Origin: Collinsella sp.
GTDB lineage: Bacteria > Actinomycetota > Coriobacteriia > Coriobacteriales > Coriobacteriaceae
Direction: 5' to 3'
Assembly: GCA_031295385.1 (NCBI GenBank)
Contig: JAUMOL010000023.1
Span: 230-64,229 of the forward strand
DNA: 64,000 nt
Below are positions 16,988-26,648 of this stretch, piece after piece (within the stretch, counting starts at the first letter, position 1; the number at the start of each line of letters is the position of its first letter). The notes beneath the pieces were generated by a model. It had not been told where the DNA came from. It made no database searches and saw only the letters and a program-made list of their open reading frames with translations. Position numbers and translations under genes: made by a program.

Positions 16988-18366
16988 GCACGTCCATCCC
17001 GCGCTTCATGGTCGCTGCGCCCTCGAGCGGGAGCGGCAAGACAGTCGTTACGTGCGCGCTCCTGCGCGCGCTCGCGCGCCGCGGCCTCGCATGCGCGGCC
17101 TTCAAATGCGGCCCCGACTACATTGATCCGCTCTTTCATCGCCGCGTCGTGGGCGCGCGCTCGGGCAACTTAGACGGCTTCTTCACCGACGCCCCGACGC
17201 TGCGCGCCCTGCTCGCACGCGGCGCCGCGGGCGCGGATGTCGCGGTTCTCGAGGGGGTCATGGGCTTCTACGACGGCATGGCGCCCGGCGTGGCCGACGC
17301 GAGCAGCTACCAGGTTGCGCGCGACACGGAAACGCCGGTCGTTTTAGTGGTGAACGGGCGCGGGGCGTCTTTATCGCTCGCCGCCGTAATCCGCGGCATC
17401 GCCGAGTTCCTGCCTTGTGCGAACGTGCGCGGCGTCGTGCTGAACAAGACGAGCGCCGCTGCCTGCGCCTACGCGAAGCCTGCGATCGAGAAGCACACGG
17501 GCGTCGCGGTTTTGGGTAATATCCCCGCCGACGAGGCGTTCTCGCTCGAAAGCCGGCATCTGGGGCTTGTGACCGCCGACGAGGTCGAGCAGGTCTCCGC
17601 GCGCATCGACAAGATGGCCGAGCTGGTGGAAAAGAGCGTCGACGTCGACCGCTTGCTCGAAATAGCGGCGACGGCACCCGATATCCGCGAGGATCCTTAC
17701 CGGTTGGAGCCGATCGCGGGAGCGCGGCCCATCATCGCCGTCGCGCGTGACGAGGCGTTCTCGTTCTACTACGAGGAGAACCTGCGCGCGCTCGAGGACC
17801 TGGGTTGCGAGCTGGCCTTTTTCAGCCCCCTGTGTGATAGCGAGTTGCCCCGGGGGACAAGCGCCCTCTATCTGGGGGGCGGCTACCCGGAGCTCCATGC
17901 GCGGCAGCTCTCCGAGAACGCGCCGATGCGCGAGGCGATGCGGCGCGCGGTTGAATCCGGCATGCCGACGGTCGCCGAATGCGGTGGGTTTCTGTACCTG
18001 CAGCGCGAAATCTTCGATAGCGAGGGGCGGCGCCGGCCTGTTGCGGGCGCCCTTGAGGGCGCAAGCGAGAACGGGGGAAGGCTGTCCCATTTCGGGTACG
18101 TGGAGCTCACTTCCCAACGCGACGGGCTCTACGGGCCGTGCGGCACACGCATCCGCGCGCACGAGTTCCACTACTGGCAGTCCACCTGCCCGGGCGGCGA
18201 CTTCTGGGCGCAGAAGCCCCGGCGCGACAAGGGCTGGCCGTGCATGACGACCACCCCGTCCCTGGTTGCGGGCTTCCCGCATGTGTACTATCCTGCGAAC
18301 CCCGACGTTGCGCGCGCGTTCGCGTCTGCCGCAGCGTCGTTCGCAGAGAGGAGACGGCATGGCTGA
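16984..18366 (+). CDS. cbiA: Cobyrinate a,c-diamide synthase
   Basis: GTG at 16984 overlaps the previous stop (GTGA). Motifs APSSGSGKTVVTCALLRAL and the GATase AECGGFLYL. Confidence 0.9.
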   Translation: MSTSIPRFMVAAPSSGSGKTVVTCALLRALARRGLACAAFKCGPDYIDPLFHRRVVGARSGNLDGFFTDAPTLRALLARGAAGADVAVLEGVMGFYDGMAPGVADASSYQVARDTETPVVLVVNGRGASLSLAAVIRGIAEFLPCANVRGVVLNKTSAAACAYAKPAIEKHTGVAVLGNIPADEAFSLESRHLGLVTADEVEQVSARIDKMAELVEKSVDVDRLLEIAATAPDIREDPYRLEPIAGARPIIAVARDEAFSFYYEENLRALEDLGCELAFFSPLCDSELPRGTSALYLGGGYPELHARQLSENAPMREAMRRAVESGMPTVAECGGFLYLQREIFDSEGRRRPVAGALEGASENGGRLSHFGYVELTSQRDGLYGPCGTRIRAHEFHYWQSTCPGGDFWAQKPRRDKGWPCMTTTPSLVAGFPHVYYPANPDVARAFASAAASFAERRRHG

Positions 18367-19501
18367 AGCAACCGAAACCGCGCTTGCCAGCATCCGCGAG
18401 GAAGTCGAGCGCGCGTTCTCGTCGGCGCCGGGCGCCGTGCTCGAAGCCGCGCTCTCCCGCATCGCGCCCGCAGACGAGTGCGCCCGCGCCGCCGCGTACG
18501 CCGCGTGGGACTCCATCGCGCACCCCTTGGGGGGATTGGGCGACTTTGAAGACGCCGTCGCGTGTATCGCCGCAGCTCAGGGGAGCGCCGAGGTGGCCGA
18601 GTTTCCCCGTGCGCTCGCGGTATTCTTCTCCGACAACGGGGTCGTTGCCGAAGGCGTGTCGCAAAGCGGGCAAGACGTGACGCGAGCCGTCGCGCGCAAC
18701 ATGTGCGAGGGGGCCACGAGCGCCTGCCGCATGGCGGCGTTCGCGGGTGCCGAGGTCGTGCCCGTCGACGTGGGTATGGCCCGGGGCATAGAAGACGCGC
18801 GCATGGTGCGCGCGAACGTGCGGCGGGGGAGCGGCAACATCGCGCACGGCTCCGCCATGTCTCGCGATGGGGCCGTGCGCGCGATCGAGGTCGGAATCGC
18901 CGTCGCGTGCGGGCTTGCCCGCGCCGGCGTGCGCCTTCTCGCTGCGGGCGAGATGGGCATCGGCAACACGACCACCTCGGCGGCGGTGGCCGCAGTGCTC
19001 ATCCGGGCGGACGCGCGGAGCCTCGTCGGGCGCGGCGCGGGGCTCTCGGACGCCTCGCTCGCGCGCAAGCGCGACGTGGTCGAGCGCGCTATCGACGCGA
19101 ACTCGCCCGATCCCGCCGACCCGATCGACGTGCTCTCGAAGGTGGGCGGCTTCGACATCGGGGCGATGTGCGGCTTCTACCTGGGGGCCGCGGCCTCGAA
19201 GGTGCCGGTGCTCCTCGACGGGGTCATATCCTGCACGGCGGCCCTGTGCGCGGTGCGCCTGTGCCCCAACGCCTTGGGCTACCTCGTGGGCACCCACGCA
19301 TCTAGCGAACCCGCAAGCCAGGAGCTCCTTCGCGAGCTCGGCATAAAGGCGCCCCTCGTCGCAGGCATGCACTTGGGCGAGGGCGCGGGCGCCATGGCGT
19401 ATCTGCCCCTTCTGGATTCGGCGCTGCGCGTGTACCGGGATGGGAAGACGTTCACGGCGACTGGCATGGCTGCTTACGAGCATTTCGAGGCTGGGAAATG
19501 A
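18359..19501 (+). CDS. cobT: Nicotinate-nucleotide--dimethylbenzimidazole phosphoribosyltransferase
   Basis: ATG at 18359 after GGAGA. Motif GEMGIGNTTTSAA. Confidence 0.9.
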   Translation: MAEATETALASIREEVERAFSSAPGAVLEAALSRIAPADECARAAAYAAWDSIAHPLGGLGDFEDAVACIAAAQGSAEVAEFPRALAVFFSDNGVVAEGVSQSGQDVTRAVARNMCEGATSACRMAAFAGAEVVPVDVGMARGIEDARMVRANVRRGSGNIAHGSAMSRDGAVRAIEVGIAVACGLARAGVRLLAAGEMGIGNTTTSAAVAAVLIRADARSLVGRGAGLSDASLARKRDVVERAIDANSPDPADPIDVLSKVGGFDIGAMCGFYLGAAASKVPVLLDGVISCTAALCAVRLCPNALGYLVGTHASSEPASQELLRELGIKAPLVAGMHLGEGAGAMAYLPLLDSALRVYRDGKTFTATGMAAYEHFEAGK

Positions 19502-20046
19502 CGGTGACGTTCGTTATCGGCGCCGCAGCGAGCGGCAAGAGCGCCTATGCCGAGTCCCTGTGCCTCGGGCACGACGGCCCCCGCGTGTACCTGGCAACGA
19601 TGGAGCCCTTCGGGGAAGAGGGCGCCCGCCGCATCGCGCGCCATCGGGCGCTGCGCGAGGGCAAGGGGTTTTCCACCCTCGAGCGCACGCGTGACGTGGG
19701 CGCCGCAGTGCCCGGGCTTCCGTGCGGCTGCACGCTTCTTTTGGAGGACGTGGGCAACCTGGTTGCGAACGAGCTCTTCGCGGAAGGCGGCTTGTCCCCA
19801 CGTGACCCCGATGCTGCGGCGAGCGAGGTGCTCGGAGGCATCGAACGGCTCGCTCAGGCCGCTGCGCATACGGTGGTGGTCACCGTCGACGTGTTCGCCG
19901 ATGGGATGCGCTACGATGAGGGGACCGAGGCATGGAGGCGCGCGCTCGCGCGCGTGAACGCGGGCGTGGCGGCGCTGGCCGACCGCGCAGTCGAAGTGGT
20001 ATTCGGGATTCCCGTGTGGATGAAAGGCGAAGGACCTACAAGGTGA
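19498..20046 (+). CDS. cobU: Adenosylcobinamide kinase / adenosylcobinamide-phosphate guanylyltransferase
   Basis: P-loop GAAASGKS and His-loop RIARHRALR. ATGA overlap with cobT. Confidence 0.85.
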   Translation: MTVTFVIGAAASGKSAYAESLCLGHDGPRVYLATMEPFGEEGARRIARHRALREGKGFSTLERTRDVGAAVPGLPCGCTLLLEDVGNLVANELFAEGGLSPRDPDAAASEVLGGIERLAQAAAHTVVVTVDVFADGMRYDEGTEAWRRALARVNAGVAALADRAVEVVFGIPVWMKGEGPTR

Positions 20047-20810
20047 AGATAGCAGAGGCAATCGGCGCGGCGTTCGGAACGTTCTCGCGCATCCCCGTCC
20101 CGAAATCGGCCTGGACCGATTTCGGATCAACCCATGCGCTTGCCGCGTTTCCCCTGGTGGGCCTTGCGGAAGGCTTCCTCATGACGGCGTGGGGGTACGT
20201 GGCGAACCTGCTCGGCGTACCCGCGACCATCGTCGCGGCCGTGCTCGCGGCGCTGCCTGTGGCGGTGACGGGAGGCATCCACCTAGACGGGCTCTGCGAC
20301 ACCTCCGATGCGCTTGCAAGTTGGGCCCCGCGCGAGCGAAAGCTCGAGATCATGCACGACCCGCGGGCGGGCGCCTTCGGGGTCATCGGTGTTGTCGTGT
20401 ACCTTATTCTGCAGTTTTCCCTGTTCACCGCGCTGCCGCTTACGGCGGGGGCGTTCCTCGCGCTTCTGTGCTCGCTCGTGTTCTCCCGTGCGCTTTCGGG
20501 GCTCGCCGTAGAATGCTGGCCTGCCGCGCGGGCGGACGGCATGGCCGCGGGACTCTCGCCTGCTAAGAAGCGCGCGGCGATCGTCGTGCCGCTTTGCGCT
20601 TTCGCTGCGGCTTCGGCTGCAGGGATGGTCGCGTGCGCTCAGGCCGTCGGCGCCCTTATGGCGGTGGCGGGGCTTTTGGCGCTCGCGTGGTACCGTCATG
20701 TTGCCCTGTCCCGCTTCGGCGGGGTGACGGGGGATTTGGCCGGATGGTTTCTGCAATGGGCCGAGCTCGCGATGCTTGCCATGCTGGTGGCGGGGGGTAT
20801 GCTCCTATGA
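20043..20810 (+). CDS. cobS: Adenosylcobinamide-GDP ribazoletransferase (cobalamin synthase)
   Basis: Motifs FGTFSRIPVP and GGIHLDGLCDTSDAL. Membrane protein. GTGA overlap with cobU. Confidence 0.9.
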   Translation: MKIAEAIGAAFGTFSRIPVPKSAWTDFGSTHALAAFPLVGLAEGFLMTAWGYVANLLGVPATIVAAVLAALPVAVTGGIHLDGLCDTSDALASWAPRERKLEIMHDPRAGAFGVIGVVVYLILQFSLFTALPLTAGAFLALLCSLVFSRALSGLAVECWPAARADGMAAGLSPAKKRAAIVVPLCAFAAASAAGMVACAQAVGALMAVAGLLALAWYRHVALSRFGGVTGDLAGWFLQWAELAMLAMLVAGGMLL

Positions 20811-21808
20811 TTCTCGTGGTAGGCGGCGCGCATTCGGGGAAGAGGACCTTCGTGCGCGAAAAGCTCGGGTTCGCGGCGGACGATTTCGTCGACGCGGCGC
20901 AGCTTGAGGAGGGCGGCGTGCCCGCGGCTTTTGCCGGCCGTGTCGCGTACCGTGCTGAGGAACTCGTACGCGCGCTCGACGCTGACCGGGCGCTCGAGCG
21001 GCTGATTGGCTTCGACGCAGTGATTCTGCCCTTGGTTGGCTCGGGGGTCGTCCCCATGCGTGCGGAAGACGCCCAATGGCGCGAGCGCGCGGGGCGCTTG
21101 GGATGCGCGCTTGCTGCGCGCGCCGACGTCGTCGTGCGCATGACGTGCGGGATTCCCCAGGTCATCAAAGGAAACCTTGCCGATGCGCCTCGAGGGACGC
21201 AGGGCGCGGGCGCGCCTTTGGAAGTCGTCTTCGTGCGCCATGGTGCCACGGCGGGCACGGAAGACCATCGCTACAGCGGGGCGGGCACCGACGAGCCCCT
21301 GTCGAGCGCGGGGGAGCGCGCTTTGCGCGAGCTCGCGTGCGATCGTGACGTGTTCCGTGTTATCACGAGCGGCATGGCCCGCACCGACCAGACGGCACGC
21401 ATCCTCTTCCCGAATGCGGAGCTTATGGCATGCCCCGGTCTGCGCGAGATGGATTTCGGTGACTTCGAGGGGCGAAGCGCCGCCGAGCTTAAAGAGGATG
21501 CGCGTTACCGCGCCTGGGTAGACTCCTGGTGCGAGACGCGGTGCCCGCATGGCGAGGGCAAGAGCGATTTCACCCGCCGCGTCGTCGCGGCGTTTCGGGA
21601 GGCGTGCGAATCGGAGCGCGCCCAGGGGAGTGGGCGCGCCGTCTTCGTCGTTCACGCGGGTACCGTGAAAGCGCTGCTTTCCGAGCTTGCTGTCCCGAAA
21701 ATGGAATACTTCGACGTGCATACCGAGCCGGGCGGCGCATGGGCCGCCACCTGGGATGGGCGCTGCCTTCGCGACGTTCGCCCCGCTTCGGGGGGCGATG
21801 CCCGGTGA
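20807..21808 (+). CDS. cobC: Fusion: degenerate CobU-like N-domain + histidine-phosphatase (alpha-ribazole phosphatase CobC-like) domain
   Basis: The N-terminus MILVVGGAHSGKR ... LVGSGVVP ... GIPQVIKG is CobU-like but only ~122 aa. The C-terminus has VFVRHGATAG and VVHAGT (RHG phosphatase). Confidence 0.75.
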   Translation: MILVVGGAHSGKRTFVREKLGFAADDFVDAAQLEEGGVPAAFAGRVAYRAEELVRALDADRALERLIGFDAVILPLVGSGVVPMRAEDAQWRERAGRLGCALAARADVVVRMTCGIPQVIKGNLADAPRGTQGAGAPLEVVFVRHGATAGTEDHRYSGAGTDEPLSSAGERALRELACDRDVFRVITSGMARTDQTARILFPNAELMACPGLREMDFGDFEGRSAAELKEDARYRAWVDSWCETRCPHGEGKSDFTRRVVAAFREACESERAQGSGRAVFVVHAGTVKALLSELAVPKMEYFDVHTEPGGAWAATWDGRCLRDVRPASGGDAR

Positions 21809-22782
21809 TGACGATTCTTGCCGTCGCTGCCGGGTTCGCGGCCGACCTTGCCTTCGGCGACCCGCGCTGGCTTCCCCATCCCGTCGTCACTATGGGGCGC
21901 GCGATCACGTGGGCCGAAGGCCGCCTGCGGCGCGCATTCCCGCAAACGTCCACGGGCATGCGCGCCGCAGGGCTTGTGCTCGCCGTGGCGCTTCCGCTTG
22001 CGTGTTGGCTTTTGACCTGGGGAATCCTGCATATTTGCGGCATGGTTCACCCCGGCTTGCGCTTTGTGGCCGAGGCATGGGCGAGCTATCAGATTCTCGC
22101 GGCATGCGAGCTGCGCCGCCAGAGCCTGGCCGTGGCCCGCGCGTTCTCGAAGGGCGGCCTTGTCGCGGCGCGCGAAGCCGTCGGGCTCATCGTGGGACGC
22201 GACACGTCTGTTCTCGACGAGCAGGGCGTTGCGCGCGCCACCGTGGAAACGGTGGCGGAGAACGCGAGCGACGGCGTCATCGCGCCGCTTTTTTATCTTA
22301 TGATCGGGGGTGCGCCCTTGGGCATGGCGTACAAAGCAGTGAACACGCTCGACAGCATGGTGGGCTACAAAAACGAGCGCTACATCGACTTCGGCTGCGC
22401 CTCGGCGCACCTCGACGATGCTGTGAACTGGATTCCCTCGCGCTTATCGGCCCTGCTCATGATCGCCGTGTGCCCGATCGTCGGGCTTGACGCGCGCGGG
22501 GCGGCGCGCATCTGGCGCCGCGACAGGCGTCGCCATGCGAGCCCCAACTCGGCGCAGACCGAGTCAGCGTGCGCGGGCGCGCTCGGGCTGCGCCTGGCAG
22601 GACCCGCGGTGTATTTCGGCAAGCTCGTTGAGAAACCGACGATAGGCGACGCGTCCCGCGAAATCGAGTGGGGCGACATCGCCCGGGCAACAAGGCTCAT
22701 GCTCGCCGCGTCCGTATGCGCGCTCGTCGTCTTCGGCGCCGCGCGCGCGGCGGTCGTGCTCGCCGTGGGGGCGATGGCATGA
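21808..22782 (+). CDS. cbiB: Adenosylcobinamide-phosphate synthase
   Basis: Motif FGDPRWLPHPVVTMGRAI. Membrane protein. The start overlaps the preceding stop. Confidence 0.9.
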   Translation: MTILAVAAGFAADLAFGDPRWLPHPVVTMGRAITWAEGRLRRAFPQTSTGMRAAGLVLAVALPLACWLLTWGILHICGMVHPGLRFVAEAWASYQILAACELRRQSLAVARAFSKGGLVAAREAVGLIVGRDTSVLDEQGVARATVETVAENASDGVIAPLFYLMIGGAPLGMAYKAVNTLDSMVGYKNERYIDFGCASAHLDDAVNWIPSRLSALLMIAVCPIVGLDARGAARIWRRDRRRHASPNSAQTESACAGALGLRLAGPAVYFGKLVEKPTIGDASREIEWGDIARATRLMLAASVCALVVFGAARAAVVLAVGAMA

Positions 22783-24002
22783 GGGAAGACCACGCCGCGT
22801 CCCGGGCTGCCGGGGGAATCCTGCGCGCCCGTGCGCATGGGGGCAGCTCGCAATCGCTCGGCATCGCTTGCGAAGGGGGCGCCTCCGGCCTCATCGACTT
22901 CTCGGTGAACGTGAATCCGGCAGGCCCCTCGCCGCGCGCCGTCGCCGCAGCTTGCAAGGCGCTTTCTCGAATCGACGCCTACCCCGATAGGGAAAGCCTC
23001 GCCCTCGTTCGCGCCCTAGCGCGCACCCAGGGCATTCCCGAAGATACTATCGTTTGCGGCGCGGGCGCGTCCGACATCATCTGGCGGCTCGCCGCGGCGG
23101 TGCGCCCGAAACGCATCGTCGTGTGCGCGCCGACGTTCTCTGAATATGCGGAGGCGGCATCGTACTACGACGCATGCGTGCAGGAGTTCCCGCTCTCCGA
23201 AGCGGATGATTTCGACGTGCCCGCCTCCTTCGCCCGCGCGATCGAGGGGCCGGGAGACGTGGCGTACCTCTGCAATCCGAACAACCCGACGGGGCGCCTC
23301 GTCGACCCCCGCGTGATCGATGCCGCGGCTTGCCGCTGCGAGCAGGTGGGCGCGCTGCTCGTCGTGGACGAGTGCTTCCTCGGATTTGCGCCCGACGCCC
23401 GCGAAAGGAGCGTGGCCTCACGCGCCGCGTGTTCGCACCATGTGGCCGTGCTCTCCGCGTTCACCAAGCTCTACGGAATGGCAGGGTTGCGGTTGGGGTA
23501 TCTGATCAGCGGAAACGCCCAACTCATCGAGGGGATTCGTCGTGCGGGGCAGGCGTGGCCCGTCTCCTCGGTCGCCGAGGCCGCGGGCATCGCCGCCCTG
23601 GAGGACGTCGAATACGTCTCGCGCACGCGCGATGTATTGGCGGGCGAGCGAGCGTGGCTTTCCCACGAGCTCTCCTCGCTCGGGCTTTCCGTCGTGCCGT
23701 CGGATGCGAACTTCCTTTTAGTCCGCACGCCGGCGAAAGACATCCCCGAGCGCCTGTATAAACAGGGGGTTTTGGTCCGCACGTGCGACTCGTTTTCGGT
23801 ACTGTCGCGTTTCTGGTGCCGCGTCGCCGTGCGCACGCGCAAGGAGAATGCCCGGCTTGCGATGGCGTTCAGCCGCGCGCTTCGGGCGGAAGGCGCATCG
23901 GGCGAAGGCGAACCCGACGAACGGGGCGGCGCTTCTTGCAGCGACGCTATGGCGGGCGCGGATGGCCGAGGCTCGGCGAAGGAGGTCGATACCCGTGGGT
24001 AG
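22779..24002 (+). CDS. cobD: L-threonine-O-3-phosphate decarboxylase (class I/II aminotransferase fold)
   Basis: Motifs HGG...DFSVNVNPAGP and the PLP-Lys motif SAFTKLYGMAGLRLGY. There is a low-complexity C-terminal extension. Confidence 0.85.
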   Translation: MREDHAASRAAGGILRARAHGGSSQSLGIACEGGASGLIDFSVNVNPAGPSPRAVAAACKALSRIDAYPDRESLALVRALARTQGIPEDTIVCGAGASDIIWRLAAAVRPKRIVVCAPTFSEYAEAASYYDACVQEFPLSEADDFDVPASFARAIEGPGDVAYLCNPNNPTGRLVDPRVIDAAACRCEQVGALLVVDECFLGFAPDARERSVASRAACSHHVAVLSAFTKLYGMAGLRLGYLISGNAQLIEGIRRAGQAWPVSSVAEAAGIAALEDVEYVSRTRDVLAGERAWLSHELSSLGLSVVPSDANFLLVRTPAKDIPERLYKQGVLVRTCDSFSVLSRFWCRVAVRTRKENARLAMAFSRALRAEGASGEGEPDERGGASCSDAMAGADGRGSAKEVDTRG

Positions 24003-25494
24003 GGCGAAGCCCATCATGATCCAGGGCACCATGTCGAACGCGGGGAAGAGCCTGCTTGCGGCGGGGCTGTGCCGTGTGCTTTCGCAGGACGGCCTGCGCG
24101 TGGCTCCCTTCAAGAGCCAGAACATGGCGCTCAACAGCGGTGTCACGGCCGATGGGCTCGAGATGGGGCGCGCCCAGATCATGCAGGCCGAGGCGTGCGG
24201 CATCGCGCCCGACGTGCGCATGAACCCCATCCTGCTCAAGCCCGAAAGCGACCACCGAAGCCAGCTCATCGTGGCCGGCAAGGCGCAGGGAGCCTTCGCT
24301 GCGAGGGACTACTTCGCGCGAAAGAAGGCGTTCATGCCGCAGATTTTGGAGGCGTTCGATTCGCTCGCGGAGGAAAACGACGTCATCGTCATCGAGGGCG
24401 CCGGCAGCCCCGTCGAAATCAACCTTGCCGAAAACGACATCGTCAACATGGGGCTCGCGCGCGCCGTGTCCTCCCCCGTGCTGCTCGCGGGCGACATCGA
24501 CCCAGGCGGGGTGTTTGCCCAGCTCTACGGCACGGTCGCGCTCTTTGCGCCCGAGGATCGCGCTCTTTTGCGGGGGCTTGTGGTGAACAAGTTCCGCGGC
24601 GATGTGGAAATCCTGCGCCCGGGTTTGGCCCCGCTCGAGAAGATGTGCGGGGTTCCCGTCGTGGGGGTCGTGCCGTATCTTACGCTCGACCTGGACGACG
24701 AGGACTCGCTCGCGCCGCGCCTATCTGCCCGCGAGGCGCGCGGCGTCATCGACGTCGCCGTCGTGCGCCTTCCACATCTGTCGAACTTCACCGACTTCGA
24801 CCCGCTTTCGCGCGTGCCCGGCGTGGGCGTGCGCTACGTTTCCTCGACGACCGATCTGGGCCGACCCGACCTGGTGGTGCTCCCCGGCTCGAAGACCACG
24901 CTCGACGACGCGCGCTGGCTTGCGGCTAGCGGCATCGGAGCCTGTGTACGCGCGCTTTCGGGTGCGGGCACGCCGGTGCTCGGCATATGCGGAGGCTACC
25001 AGCTTTTGGGTGACGAGCTTTCCGACCCGCACGGCAGGGAAGGCGCTGGCACCGCGCGCGGGCTCGGGCTCATCCCTGCAAGTACGGTGTTCAGGGAGGA
25101 AAAGCGCCTCGCCCAGTCGGAGCTGCGCATCACAGGCGCCCAAGGCGCGTTCTCGGTGTGGAACGGCATGACGGCTCGCGGGTACGAGATCCACGACGGC
25201 GAAACGATCGTCTCCTGCGCCCCTGCGGGCACGATTGGCGGCAAACCAGAAGGCGCGGCCTGCGGAAACGTGTTTGGAACCTATCTCCACGGCCTGTTCG
25301 ACGAACCGGGGGTGGCGCTCGCCCTCGCGCGCTCGCTCGCGCGCATGCGTGGCCTGCCCGAGAGCGTCGTGGGTGCTGCGGGCGCGGCGTCCGCGGCCGA
25401 TCACCGTGAGCGCGAGTTCGACCGCCTGGCCGACTCCGTGCGCGTGGCGCTCGACATGGAGTATGTCTACCGCATTATCGAGGAGGGCGTATGA
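23995..25494 (+). CDS. cbiP: Cobyric acid synthase
   Basis: GTG at 23995 after GGAGG. Motifs IMIQGTMSNAGKSLLAAGLCR and the GATase GICGGYQLLG. Confidence 0.9.
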   Translation: MGRAKPIMIQGTMSNAGKSLLAAGLCRVLSQDGLRVAPFKSQNMALNSGVTADGLEMGRAQIMQAEACGIAPDVRMNPILLKPESDHRSQLIVAGKAQGAFAARDYFARKKAFMPQILEAFDSLAEENDVIVIEGAGSPVEINLAENDIVNMGLARAVSSPVLLAGDIDPGGVFAQLYGTVALFAPEDRALLRGLVVNKFRGDVEILRPGLAPLEKMCGVPVVGVVPYLTLDLDDEDSLAPRLSAREARGVIDVAVVRLPHLSNFTDFDPLSRVPGVGVRYVSSTTDLGRPDLVVLPGSKTTLDDARWLAASGIGACVRALSGAGTPVLGICGGYQLLGDELSDPHGREGAGTARGLGLIPASTVFREEKRLAQSELRITGAQGAFSVWNGMTARGYEIHDGETIVSCAPAGTIGGKPEGAACGNVFGTYLHGLFDEPGVALALARSLARMRGLPESVVGAAGAASAADHREREFDRLADSVRVALDMEYVYRIIEEGV

Positions 25495-26006
25495 TCCACG
25501 TGTATCATGGCGACGGCAAAGGCAAGACCACGGCGGCGATGGGCCTCGCCCTTCGCATGCTCGCCGCAGGCCGCCGCGTCGTCGTCGTGCAGTTTCTGAA
25601 AGACGGCGAAAGCGGGGAGGTGCGCCTGCTCGCCGAGCATTTCGGCGTGCCCGTGTTCGCGGGGAAGGCGTCGGACAAGTTTACCTGGTCCATGACGTCG
25701 GAAGAACTTGCCGCGACGCGCGAGCTGCACGATGGGAACCTCGCTTCCGCGCTCGCCGAGCTCGAGGGCGCGCAGGAGGGGCTGCTCGTGCTCGACGAGG
25801 CGCTCGACGCGCTTTCGAAGGGGCTTGTCGACGAGGCGCTCGTGGACCGCGCGCTCGATATGTCCGCGCGCGGCGTCGAAGTAGCGCTCACCGGGCGCGC
25901 GCCTTCCCGCAAGATCGTGGAGAAGGCCGACTACATAACCGAGATGCGGTGCGAGAAACACCCCTACGCTCAGGGGATAGGTGCAAGGGAAGGAGTGGAG
26001 TACTAG
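25491..26006 (+). CDS. cobO: Cob(I)yrinic acid a,c-diamide adenosyltransferase (CobA/CobO/BtuR type)
   Basis: Motif HGDGKGKTTAAMGLALR. ATGA overlap with cbiP. Confidence 0.85.
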   Translation: MIHVYHGDGKGKTTAAMGLALRMLAAGRRVVVVQFLKDGESGEVRLLAEHFGVPVFAGKASDKFTWSMTSEELAATRELHDGNLASALAELEGAQEGLLVLDEALDALSKGLVDEALVDRALDMSARGVEVALTGRAPSRKIVEKADYITEMRCEKHPYAQGIGAREGVEY

Positions 26007-26648
26007 ATGGATTCCAAGGAGATGGCGCCCGGCGACATCGAGCGGCGCAGCTTCGAGATCATCACCGAAGAGCTCGGCGGCCGCACGTTCCCGCCGCTTG
26101 AAGAGCCCGTCGTGAAGCGCGTCATCCACACCACTGCTGACTTCTCGTACGCCGATTCCCTCGTATTCACCCATGACGCCGCGCACTGTGCTCTCGACGC
26201 ACTGCGCGCAGGGGCCACGGTGCTCACCGACACGAACATGGCGCTCGCAGGCATAAGCAAGCCCGCGCTCGCAAAGCTCGGCTGCAAGGCCGTGTGCTAC
26301 ATGGCCGACCCTAATGTCGCCGCGGCTGCGCGCGCCGCGGGCACGACTCGCGCCGTTGCGAGCATGGACAAAGCTTGCGGCATCGAGGGTCCGCTCATCG
26401 TGGCCGTCGGTAACGCCCCCACGGCACTTCTGCGCCTCGCCGAGCTCATGGACGCGGGGAAGATCGCGCCCGCGCTCGTCGTTGGGGTGCCGGTCGGGTT
26501 TGTGAACGTGGTCGAGGCGAAAGAGGAGCTACTCGCGCGAAGCGTGCCGGCCATCGTCGCGAGGGGTCGCAAGGGCGGTTCGACCGTGGCGGCCGCCATT
26601 ATGAACGCGCTGCTCTACCAGATCACGCGCCCAGGCGGCCCGAAGTGA
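26007..26648 (+). CDS. cbiC: Cobalt-precorrin-8 methylmutase
   Basis: Motifs VIHTTADF and VGNAPTAL. Confidence 0.9.
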   Translation: MDSKEMAPGDIERRSFEIITEELGGRTFPPLEEPVVKRVIHTTADFSYADSLVFTHDAAHCALDALRAGATVLTDTNMALAGISKPALAKLGCKAVCYMADPNVAAAARAAGTTRAVASMDKACGIEGPLIVAVGNAPTALLRLAELMDAGKIAPALVVGVPVGFVNVVEAKEELLARSVPAIVARGRKGGSTVAAAIMNALLYQITRPGGPK

